In this document: one piece after another, positions 1-24,271 of the stretch | How positions within the stretch are numbered: the first letter of the stretch is position 1 | Layout: the number at the start of each line of letters is the position of its first letter | Source of the DNA: the human T2T-CHM13v2.0 reference genome, Homo sapiens | Assembly: GCF_009914755.1 (NCBI RefSeq) | Contig: NC_060946.1 | Strand: one strand, 5' to 3' | DNA length: 64,000 bases | Notes under the pieces: model-generated | Seen by the model: the letters and a program-made list of their open reading frames with translations, nothing else | Told to the model about the DNA's origin: nothing | The model's database searches: none | Program-made: the position numbers and the translations under genes

Positions 1-211
1 TGCAAAGTGAGAAGAGCTGTCTTGACTGTGCTCCTTTTACAATTTCAGGAAAAAACCTACTTTTCCACAGACAATCTCTGAGGTGAAATCCAATAGAAAG
101 TTATTATTAGAAAAAAGAGAATATGGAAGAGAATAACATTCCTACTGACAACCAAAACACACCAGAAAGGCCCATGAAACAGAAGAAAATGAATCAATGG
201 TCTAAAAGTGA

Positions 212-4120
<3,909 letters not shown>

Positions 4121-5424
4121 AGATTGTTCCCCATGCCCAACTGACTAGTATTTTATGGTATCCCCCAAAGAGCACCCTGACTTCCAGGGGCTCCCCTTCA
4201 CACATTGGAGGGAGAACAATTAGTTAAAATTTCCTTCCGAACCTTCCCACTTGCCTCACCACCAGGCCCCACCCCACCTCTCCCACTCAGCCCCTGCGCC
4301 CAAGCCCTGGCTCATGCCTGCCTGCTGCCCGCTCATGGCTGTGCGCAGCCCGCTGCCATGCTCCCTTGGAAAGCCCTCTCTTCTCTCCATGTAGCCAAGC
4401 TGACTCCCTCAGCTCTTTTCTTTCCCCTGTGTCACTGAAGCCCTGCTTGGCGGAAGGCCCTGGAGCTACGGAGAGGAAGGAAGGCTCTGCGGCGCTCCCA
4501 GTCTTGGGAGGGATAGGGGCAGGTGAGTTAACTTCTGGTTATCATAGCTAAGGTATCCAGGGGCAGTAAGTAGGGGCCAGGGCAAACGGTTTATGCTTAT
4601 TAATTCACGTCATCCTCTCAAGAACCCTGGGAGGCAGTTATTATGATTCTCTCCATTCCTCAGATAGGTAAGTGGAGGCATAGAGTCCAAGGTCACAAAA
4701 CTAGTCACTGGTGAAGCTGGGCTTTGAACCCACCACGAGCTAAGAACGGACAGAATCATCTGTTGGAGTCCAGGGGGAGGGGTGACTGGACTTGCCCCAG
4801 GGAGTCAGAGGAGGCTTTGGGAAGGAGGGGACAGCTGCTTCCCAACTGGACGGCAGGGGGAGGGACCGGTGGCTCTAGGCTGAGAGGACAGCAGGACAGC
4901 AGCCCCGCAGCGGGGACACCAGCAGAGGGCCCACTCTTCCGGGGGGCTGGGCTGTGTTGGGGGTGTCAGGAGAAGCTGCTGGATCGACAGAGCCAGGGAC
5001 CCCTCACTGAGAAGCCTGTGTTCAGTTCTACGGGCAGTGGGGCCGTGGAACGGTTCTGCTCCTGGGAGTGACATGGTCAGGTCCATGTGGCTGCTCCCTG
5101 GGAGGCTGCAGTGAGGAGGGCTGCAGTGAAAGGACCTTTCTCTTCCTTGGGCCTCCATTCACTCTGGCATCTCAGGCAATGACTAGCTCTTTGAGACTCA
5201 GTTTCTTCCTCTATAAAATGGAGGCAGAAATGCCACCAGCCTCCTAGGGCTGCTAGAGGCTTGAACGACTATTGCAGGGAACCGTGCCCCACAGAGCCGG
5301 GTGCTGGGAAGGGCAGCCACGGTCATCCTCCCTGGGAAGGGCATCTGGTAGGCTGGGCCCTCTCCTTGGAACATAGCCCACTTTCCTCGAGTGACCCCTC
5401 CAGGCCCTGGGGTCTGATACTCAC

Positions 5425-5486
5425 CACCACCTCCAGGTCAGAGTTCAAGTGCCGCTGGGTGTCAGACATCTGCACCAAGATCTCCC
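5425..5486 (-). CDS. BAIAP2L2: BAIAP2L2 exon 4 (EILVQMSDTQRHLNSDLEVV); the gene continues beyond the left edge of the window
   Basis: ctccag| acceptor, GTG|GTGAGT donor, 62 nt; exons 1-4 sum to 276 nt (92 codons). Confidence 0.95.
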
Positions 5487-5827
5487 CTGGAGGCATGGAT
5501 GCAGCTGTGGCTTTGGTGTGTGGCAGCCTGCCCCGCCTACCCACCACCCTCTTCCGCTGAAAGCCAACAGAGGGCCTGCCCGAGACTGGATTTTGGGACC
5601 AAAGTCCGGGAACTTCCCATATGGTTCTCTGGGAGCCAGGCCATGTGTGTCCCAGCCTGGGAGCAGCCCGGCAGGGAGTGGTGGCGGGGAGCGTGGGCCC
5701 CAGAACAAGAGTCTGGCTCTGGGCCCTGGGCTGAAAGGCCTGTGTCAGGGACTCGGGACATCCTGGAAGGGCAAGGGTGCAAAAGGAGGGCCCAAGAATG
5801 GGGTCTGCTGTGGAGGGGGAGCCTCAC

Positions 5828-5914
5828 CCAGAATCTGTGAGGTGGGGCTCTGCAGGGCACGCTCCCCAATCTTCTGGATGGCACTGAAGTAGACCTCGGC
5901 CGCCTCGGACAGAG
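5828..5914 (-). CDS. BAIAP2L2: BAIAP2L2 exon 3 (ALSEAAEVYFSAIQKIGERALQSPTSQILG)
   Basis: cacag| acceptor, G|GTGAGG donor, 87 nt, phase-consistent. Confidence 0.95.
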
Positions 5915-6705
5915 CTGTGGACCAGAAGGGACAGGTCCGGTCCAGCCCTGCCTCTGCCCCACCCTTCTGGAGGCTCTTTTCATCTGGAGGGGACTGTGTC
6001 TGTCCTGGGTGGGGTGTGGGCATCTGTGTGTGCCCCTGAGGAGGGTGTGACCAGTTGAGCTGTGAAACTCAGGTGCAGGGGCATAAGGTGAGGGCTGGGG
6101 GCAGGGAGGTGGCGTGGAAAGCATCTAAGAAGCAGGGGGATGGGAGGCCCTGAGGTTCAGGGTTGATCAGCACTGGTGGGTAGTGGGGTGCTATTGGCAG
6201 GTATGAGCGGCCACAGCGGACGGGTACAAGGGTTTGCACGGGGACCGAGTGAATGTCAAGGCCAGCTGCAGGGTGTGTGGGTGGTGGCCAGTTGAAGTGA
6301 GGAAGCCAGCTGCTGTGTGAGCCTGGGTGCAGAGGTGGGACTGAGTATAGGGGTGGGTTCAGCTGGTGGCATCCAGGTGACGCCTAGAAATGTATGCACT
6401 GTCAGGGGCTGCCCTGGGGCTGTGTGGGCCTGCAGGGCCTGGTACTGCATCATGGGAGTGTCTGGAGGCACCTGAAGGAGGGGGCAATGAGGGGTGCTGG
6501 GTGTGGACTGGGGTGCGTGGGCACAGGAGAGTGGGGGTGCATAAGGCCTCTCTGGCTGCAGAGGTGTGAGGGTGAGGGTGGTGGGTAGGAGGGTGTAGGG
6601 TTGAGGATGAACAGGTGTGGGATGCAGAGAATCTGGGAGGGGCCTGGGTGGGTGGGAACAGCAGAGGCCCAGGGCTGGGGCTCGGTGGCCCGGGCAGGCA
6701 CTCAC

Positions 6706-6781
6706 CGTGGAAGGCACGCAGGTAGTTGTTGCCCAGGTACACCAGGTTCTCCAGGGCGGGGTTAAACTGCTCCATGATGCT
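6706..6781 (-). CDS. BAIAP2L2: BAIAP2L2 exon 2 (SIMEQFNPALENLVYLGNNYLRAFH)
   Basis: ccag| acceptor, G|GTGAGT donor, 76 nt, phase 0 to 1; IRSp53-family IMD signature QFNP. Confidence 0.96.
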
Positions 6782-7597
6782 CTGGACCCCAGGGTCAGGG
6801 GAGGAAAAAGGTGTAGAGATGGGGGAGCGAGAAGGAACCACGGATGGAGTCAAGTCACCAGGCGTCAGGGACAGGGCACCCCCAGCCCAGTGAGAAGCCC
6901 CAGACTTTGGGGAGCCCATCTACAAACCTAGGCTCACCCAGAATCCTGGCTCTTGGCTGCAGGGACCTCAGAGCCCATCTTTTGGGGTCCTGTTCTAAGC
7001 TGTGGTCCCCTCACAGCCAGCTCCCGCTTACGTCTGCTCTGGCGGGACCGAGGTGCCTCCCGAGATGGTGCACCTGGAAGGTTCTCCTCCTCCCGCTGGG
7101 CAGAAGCTGGCCCGCCTGCTGTGGTCCCCACTGGGCACGGCTCAGCCCTGCCCTGTGTCCAGGCCTTGCCGGGCTACACGCCTGGGGCTGCCAACAGTCA
7201 CCCCCGGGGCAAGGGCAGCTCTCGCCCTCCTCCGAGAACAGCCCCCCATGGGCAAGGCTGTGGCTGGATTAGTGTGGGCCTCCTCGGGCTGGGGCCGGGC
7301 AGAGAGCTCCCTGGATGGTGAAGACGGGCCTGGACTTGGGCCTGGACTTGGACTTGGGTCTCGGTTCAAATCCCAGCAGCACCTCTTCCTCCCTCCGTGA
7401 CCTTGAATGAGCTGTTTAACCTCTTTGGTCTCAGTTTTCTCATCTATCAAGCAGGGTGGTCATTTTCCACCTCACAGGTGGGTGGTGTGAGGCCTCCAGG
7501 TGAAAGGGTCCTGCACACAGGAGGCGCTCAATAAATGTCTGTGGCGGCTGCAACAACCCCCCGGGGGTGAAGTAGGAAGTCTGAGGGGCTCAGAAAT

Positions 7598-8867
7598 GAG
7601 AGAGACAGAGACAGGGAGAGACAGAGACACAGAGACAGAGAGAGACAGAGACAGAGACAGAGACACAGAGACAGAGAGACACAGAGAGACAGAGACAGGG
7701 AGAGACAGAGACAGGGAGACACAGAGACAGAGAGACAGGGAGAGACAGAGACAGAGAGAGACAGAGACAGAGAGAGACAGAGACAGGGAGACAGGGAGAG
7801 AGAGGGAGAGAGAGAGACAGAGAGACAGAGAGAGAGAGAGAGACAGAGACAGAGAGAGACAGAGACAGAGAGAGACAGAGACAGGGAGACAGGGAGAGAG
7901 AGGGAGAGAGAGAGACAGAGAGACAGAGAGAGAGAGAGAGACAGAGACAGAGAGAGAGACAGAGACAGAGAGAGAGACAGAGAGACAGAGACAGAGAGAG
8001 AGAGAGAGACAGAGACAGAGAGAGAGACAGAGACAGAGAGAGAGACAGAGAGAGAGACAGAGACAGAGAGAGACAGAGAGACAGAGAGACAGAGACAGAG
8101 ACAGAGAGACAGAGAGACAGAGACAGAGAGACAGAGAGACAGAGACAGAGACAGAGAGACAGAGAGACAGAGACAGAGAGACAGAGAGACAGAGACAGAG
8201 AGAGAGACAGAGACAGGGAGAGACAGAGACAGAGAGAGACAGAGACAGAGACAGAGAGACAGAGAGACAGAGAGACAGAGAGAGAGAGACAGAGAGACAG
8301 AGAGACAGAGACAGAGACAGAGACAGAGACAGAGAGACAGAGACAGAGACAGAGACAGACAGAGAGACAGAGACAGAGAGACAGAGACAGAGACAGAGAG
8401 ACAGAGAGACAGAGAGACAGAGACAGAGAGAGACAGAGAGACAGAGACAGAGAGACAGAGACAGAGACAGAGACAGAGAGACAGAGAGACAGAGAGAGAC
8501 AGAGAGAGAGAGAGGGAGAGACAGAGAGAGAGAGAGACAGGGAGAGAGAGACAGAGAGAGAGAGACAGAGAGACAGAGAGACAGAGACAGAGACAGAGAC
8601 AGACAGAGAGACAGAGACAGAGAGACAGAGACAGAGACAGAGAGACAGAGACAGAGACAGAGAGACAGAGAGACAGAGAGACAGAGACAGAGAGAGACAG
8701 AGAGACAGAGACAGAGAGACAGAGACAGAGACAGAGACAGAGAGACAGAGAGACAGAGAGAGACAGAGAGAGAGAGACAGAGAGACAGAGAGACAGAGAC
8801 AGAGACAGAGACAGACAGAGAGACAGAGACAGAGAGACAGAGACAGAGACAGAGAGACAGAGAGACA

Positions 8868-8914
<47 letters not shown>

Positions 8915-8918
8915 AGGG

Positions 8919-8949
<31 letters not shown>

Positions 8950-8956
8950 GAGAGGG

Positions 8957-8987
<31 letters not shown>

Positions 8988-9184
8988 GAGACAGAGAGAG
9001 AGACAGAGAGAGAGAGAGAGGGATAGAGAGAGAGAGAGAGAGAGGGAGAGGGAGAGAGGGAGAGGGAGAGAGAGAGGGAGAGAGAGAGAGACAGAGAGGG
9101 AGAGAGAGAGAGAGACAGAGAGAGAGACAGAGAGAGAGAGAGAGAGGGATAGAGAGAGAGAGAGAGAGGGAGAGGGAGAGAGGG

Positions 9185-9237
<53 letters not shown>

Positions 9238-9304
9238 GGAGAGAGAGAGAGAGACAGGGAGAGAGAGAGAGAGACAGGGAGAGAGAGACAGAGAGAGAGA
9301 GAGG

Positions 9305-9346
<42 letters not shown>

Positions 9347-9365
9347 CAGAGAGAGAGAGGGAGGG
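7598..9365. repeat. ~1.77-kb compound (GA)n/(GACA)/(GAGACA)/(GGGA) microsatellite array in BAIAP2L2 intron 1
   Basis: Directly visible; the plus strand has only two T residues (9024, 9150) in the whole tract. Confidence 0.98.
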
Positions 9366-9664
9366 TCTTTCTTTATTCCCAGGCCGGGCAGCCAGGCCCT
9401 TCTCATCCAGACTCAACTCTCCCCACCCTGGGCCTTGGGCTCCCTCCTGCCTTGTCCAGCATCTGGGAGTTGGGGGTTCCCGCTGTATGGCTGAGTGCTC
9501 TCGGGGATCCTTACCCCCGTACCCACCCCTGGCCCAGCCTGGCTCCAGGCTTCCCTTTCCAGGACATCTGTAGCCCCGGCTGGCCCTCCGTCCTCCAGAG
9601 CGGGCCTGATTTCTGTGCCCTGGGAGGAGGGGCTCAGGCCTGGCTTGGCCACCCATGTGCTCAC

Positions 9665-9715
9665 CTTGTAGATGGCCATGGTGGACCTGTAGAACTGGTC
9701 CATCTCGGGGGCCAT
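9665..9715 (-). CDS. BAIAP2L2: BAIAP2L2 coding exon 1 (MAPEMDQFYRSTMAIYK), start of IMD/I-BAR domain
   Basis: ATG at 9715-9713, 51 nt, donor AAG|GTGAGC; peptide recognised as the Pinkbar N-terminus. Confidence 0.96.
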
Positions 9716-10020
9716 GGAGGGGCTGTCCCGGGTCTGAGCAGGAGGCTGGGAGCTGGTGGCGATGGCACAGCCGGGAGCAGTGGTAGGTAGTCCCTCAGGT
9801 GCCCACGACTCAGCTGGCAGCGAGGAAGCCTCGGAGAGGGACCTGGAGATGGAGGCCTGCCTCAGAGGAGTGGCAGCTTAATTATTCACCAACTCGGGAT
9901 GTCAGAATGTGATCTGGGGCGTAACCAGATCCGGCAGGGAAGGCATCCTGTGCCGGGCAGGCTCGTGTGACCTGCCCTTCAATTATTCACCCCTTGGAGC
10001 TGTGGGCTGATACAAGTGCC
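9716..10020 (-). promoter_or_regulatory. BAIAP2L2: BAIAP2L2 5'UTR and proximal promoter, with two AATTATTCACC copies (HNF1/POU-homeodomain-like)
   Basis: Upstream of the ATG with no upstream ATG in the first ~140 nt; motif at 9880-9890 and 9981-9991; the TSS itself cannot be read from sequence. Confidence 0.55.
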
Positions 10021-10669
10021 CATGTGGATGAGCCCCCTCCTGGGTCACCCCCTCCTCAAGGACCCCAACCCTGGGGGGCCCCGCCCTCCCACCTGCCTAT
10101 ACCAGGCATTGCCCACCTTACTGGGCGGGCGCTGCCCGATGCCCTCCCCCAGGACTCTCTCTGCCAGACCCAGCAGCAGCAGCCCCTGGAGGGGAACGCC
10201 GCTTTACTTCTCACTGTCCTCAGGCCTGCGGCTCACAGTGGGGCCACGCCCTCTGAGCTTGGCTCCCACAGCCGCTCTGGCCCGCCCAGCTCCTCCACTT
10301 GCCGGAGCAGGAGCAGCACAAACGCTGGAGTTGCCCAGCCCTGGGCAGACCTCGGCCCTGCACACGCGCTGCCTGTCCACGCGGAGTCCCCGGCCTCTCT
10401 GGGTGACAAATGGGGCTCTCCCTGGTCCTCCAAGATGAAGTTGAAGATTGTGGCCCTCCTTGGGCCTGCCGGGGGTATGTGGGCCTGGCAGCTGCCTCTG
10501 CATACCCTAAGGGCCGGTTTAGGGGAGGCCTAGAGGAAAGAGGAGGTGTCCCTGCCCAGGGATCCTGGAAAACAGAGTGTCCGGGTACAAAGGAAAAGTC
10601 CGGTCAAGGCCGAGGGGAGCCGGGGGTCAGGGGAACAGGTGGATCTCACACCACTGCACACACAACACA

Positions 10670-11337
10670 GGTGAACTTGAATCCAAATGATTTATTTCAG
10701 TTTTGGCTCTTAAGCCACTTCCATTGGGAAGAAGAAACTCCCAGGAGTGACCTTTGAGAGCTGAGGGTTCTCGGGGTGGGGCAGTGTGAGGGGCTGGGCC
10801 AGTGTGAGGGGCAAAGTCCAACGGGCATCCCACTCCTGCGGCCTGGGCTTTCCCAGCTGATGGGGTGGGGGACACCCATTTCTTTAGTCCCAGCCCCCAG
10901 GGAACGGAGCAGAGGGCAGAGGGAGTGGGCTGCACCCACCAGGAAGCCTGGGAGTGCCCTTGCTGGGGGCTGGGGCAGAGGCAGCCCTGCAGGCCCTCAG
11001 GGAGGCTGGGGCTGGGGGCAGGGGTACGGTTGTGCCCGGGTACCCTTAATGTTTGAGCTGATGGGGGAGTCAGTTGTCCTTGACAGTCAGGGAAAGGGGC
11101 CAAAGGGGGCTCTAGACTTTCCCAGCCTGGAATGACAGAAAGTGCTGGAAGGCGGGGTTAGTGGGAGACAGGCCTTCAGGACCAGCCTCGGGCAGGCAGC
11201 TTGGCATTCTCCCAGGCCTGGTCTATGGACTCAGAGGTGCCTGGGCCCAGATCTGCCCGGGAGGGCAGTGGCTGGGCTTGGCCTGGCAGGGGCTGAATGG
11301 ACGAGGTCAGCTGGGGCCGGTGAGAGGCTGGGGACCC
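10670..11337 (-). other. PLA2G6: PLA2G6 3'UTR (3' end approximate)
   Basis: Lies between the stop codon (11338-11340) and the poly(A) signal / GU-rich element. Confidence 0.8.
10691..10696 (-). terminator. PLA2G6: PLA2G6 polyadenylation signal AATAAA
   Basis: TTTATT on plus strand, ~640 nt after the stop codon, followed on the minus strand by GU-rich TGTGTTGTGTGTG (~10657-10669). Confidence 0.85.
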
Positions 11338-11511
<174 letters not shown>

Positions 11512-11679
11512 CTAGGATGCTCAGGCTGGGCAGGGGACGCCAGCTAGGACCAGGGTGGGCTTGGGGAACAGAGCAGACCCTTGGGGAAGGGAAAGTCCAC
11601 ACTAGGGCTGGGAGGGGAAGGTCGGTGAGTCCGACCACGCCAGGGCACGGGGCCAAGGGCTGGGGCGGCTGAGCCCTCA

Positions 11680-11949
<270 letters not shown>

Positions 11950-12009
11950 TCAGAGGGGCAGAGGTCTCAGCAGTGCCCTTTCAGGGATGATGAGTGGGGG
12001 AAAGGGTAG

Positions 12010-13659
<1,650 letters not shown>

Positions 13660-13838
13660 GCTGCCTCTCTTATTTGCTTCCGAACAAGCTCTGCTGCCGA
13701 TTTGCTGGATGATCTTGGGTGATGCCTCCCACTCTGGGTCCCAGGCTCCCCATCCGCACGCAATAGGAGAGTTAGACTGGCTAGTGTCTGACAGTCTGAC
13801 GGTCTCTGCCGCCTGCAGGAAGCCCGCCCTGCCCGATC

Positions 13839-13857
13839 TGGCCCCTAGAGGGCGCTT
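13839..13857 (+). promoter_or_regulatory. Candidate CTCF site
   Basis: TGGCCCCTAGAGGGCGCT compared with the core consensus CCASYAGRKGGCRS (one mismatch). Confidence 0.55.
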
Positions 13858-14560
13858 CTCTGTCTGCCCAGAGCCTCTGCTGCGCTGCCCAGGACGCCCT
13901 GGGGCTTCGGGAAACCACAGCAGCAAGGATGCAGCTCAGGCTCCCGGCAGTGCTGTGAACATTTCACAGACAACAGCATGCCAAGGCCTCGCAGCCTCCC
14001 CAGGCAGGCGCTATGATGGCCCCATTAGGTAGCTGCAGTGAGTGCAGGCAGAACGGGGACCCCCAGAGGCGCCCTGGCTCCAGGGTCTGAGCTCAGCCAC
14101 CGCGCTCGCCCACCCCGGTCACCCACCGCCCGCCACGCCACAGGGCCTCCCCTAGCATGCTGGGTCCTGCCAGCCTCTGCTGTACCTCTGCAGAGAGAGG
14201 GCTGCTGCTCTTCCTCCAGATCACTGATTCTGCACTGCTCTGTCCCCAAGGGCCTCAGGATGGGTCCCCTGTTCCATGGAGCCCTTTCCGAGCCCCCAGG
14301 CCTTTTAGCAGAGGCCTCACGGTCCTCCACCACAGCACCGGCAACCCGTGGGGACAGGCATTCCTGTGGGACTGTCTATCCACAGAGGTGAGCTCAAGGG
14401 CAAGCATGTGTCCTGTCCCCAGGCTGGCTCGAGTGGCACGTTCATGGTATGCATGCCGCCCTCCCCACTCATGCACACTTAGAGCACAGTGGTCCTCAGA
14501 TCCCCCTTAGCACAGTGCTTCAGGCAGATCCCACCCATGGAACAGGTTCCAGTGAGATCA

Positions 14561-14980
<420 letters not shown>

Positions 14981-15235
14981 TCAGAAGCAGGACCCACGAA
15001 GCCACACTCTCTGGCTAGTTCGTCCTGGTGGAAGGCAGGTACAGCTGAGGACTTTCCAGGGACTTTTCTAACCTGCCAGGGGCCTGACAGCTCCCCCGCA
15101 ATCCCTGTCCTCAGCCAATAAAGACCAGTGCAGCGGGTGGGCTGGTGGCACGGTGAGGGTGCCTGATGGCAAGTGCACGACTCCCACCCACCACCCCACA
15201 GCCTCTCGGGCCAGTCGCTTCCCATGGATGCATCA

Positions 15236-19160
<3,925 letters not shown>

Positions 19161-19635
19161 AAAAGATTGAAGGTCCCTGGCCTTGGACCCTAGGGAAGAC
19201 CGCAGAGGGGATGCCGGGCCCCTAAGACTGGGGGACACTCACTTTCAAAATATGAAAAAATCACTCAGAAATGCTCAAAACACTCCTCTTGGAACACACC
19301 ATTCATCCAGCCCCGAACGGGATGCATTGCTTAGTCCTAGGATTTGGGCTTCCCAAACAAATGTTTCCTGGAAATGTGACTTTCTCCTTCAGTCTGACTT
19401 AAATTAGTTCAAGTCTTGTAGGCCTTAAATTAAAGGTAAGACTGAAGCCCTCTGATTATAACCTAGTAGTCCGATCCTGGGAGCGAGTGCTGTCTGAAAT
19501 GTGAGAAAATGTTTAGCCGTGTCATTTGAAAGGCCAGTGGGTTCCTTTTGCCTGGGCAGCAAAAACCCAGCCTCTGCCCAGGTGGTCTCAGAGAAGGGTG
19601 GCCCAGGCTCTCTCCAGGCAAGCCCCAGACCCCTG

Positions 19636-19716
19636 GCCGGGCAGGGCAGAGCCAGGCAGGGCAGAGCCGGCAGGGCAGAGCCGGGCAGGGCAGAGCCAGG
19701 CAGGGCAGAGCCAGGC
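19636..19716. repeat. 15-bp minisatellite (GCCRGGCAGGGCAGA), ~5.5 copies
   Basis: Units read directly; one is a 14-bp variant. Confidence 0.9.
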
Positions 19717-19933
19717 CCACCAGGCCACGCCCCTCCTGCGCTCAGCAGGTGTCTGCATGCCCAAGTGAGAGCCACACCCCAGCCCTCTGCCTCCCTGGGA
19801 AGGGGGTTCCCTCTGCTCCCCTCAAGCGTGGGGCGCTCTTCCCCCTCCCTCAGCAGGACAGGGAGCCCTCTGTCCCCAGGGAACAGCCACAGTGGGCACA
19901 GCTGCGGCCACGGCCCCAGTGCGCCAGGGCTTA

Positions 19934-23455
<3,522 letters not shown>

Positions 23456-24271
23456 ACTCTCTGTGCATATTTTTGAGTGACGGAGGGAGTGTAGCTCAGA
23501 GGTTAGGTGACGGGAACCAAGTCATATGGATGCGGACTGGACCTGGACCCAGGTCTGCCGCCTCCTGAGTCACATGCTCTCCAGCGCGCCCTGACACGTC
23601 TCCCCACATCCTGCCTGTCCTCATTGGCCATGCCCTGGGGGAATGCCTTTGTGGTTGGTTCAGTCTGGAACCTTCCTCTGATCTTCTCATCTTCCCATCT
23701 CAGCTTGATGAAGCTGAGAGAAGCCTGCCCTGATGCCATCGAGACCCTCCCTCACAGCCCGCCTGCTGCTCCACCTGCTTCCTGGTGGAGGCTGCTTCCA
23801 TTCCATTCGCAATCTTTCTTTTACTCTCTCCTGCGCTGACCTGGAAGCTCCACCAGGGCAGAAGCCGCCTCTGCTCTGGGCAGCGCTGTGTGTCAAGGGG
23901 ATGCAGGAGGTGCCCAAGAGGGCTGATAAATGGAGGAGGCCCGGGTCCCACCTCTAGGGGTCTTTTCCTGGACCAGGTACCCAGCCCCACGGCAAGCCTA
24001 GAGGTGGCAGGGGAGAGACTACACTGTTGCTGGAGGCCAAAGCAAACTCCCGAAGATGCGGGGCTGGCGACAGAGATCAACCCAGAGGGCGCAGGGCTCT
24101 GTAGCTTGGAAGGCCCAAGTGGGGAGCTACCGAGGGGTCTCCTGACTCTTGCCTCAGCCCCGCTCCAGGCAGGGTTCTGAGGCTCCAGAATCTGGGGAAT
24201 CTGCTTTTCCTCCCTTGGGAAATGTGGGTCCCCCCCTCAGGTGCAGGTGCCTCACCTCAGCCCCTGCACAG

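Noticed and set aside
5425-5430. Tandem GTG GTG GTG donors at BAIAP2L2 exon 4
   Set aside because: Upstream GTs have poor +3 to +6 matches compared with GTGAGT; at most splicing noise.
6000-6680. G-run-rich tract with G-quadruplex potential in BAIAP2L2 intron 2
   Set aside because: Typical of this GC-rich region, and the G-rich strand is not the transcript; nothing distinctive.
7472-9656. Long ORFs of 508 aa (+, RE/RD/RQ/TE) and 644/688 aa (-, SL/CL/VS)
   Set aside because: Stop codons are absent only because the repeat lacks T on one strand and A on the other. There is no coding complexity and no evidence for translation, including RAN translation.
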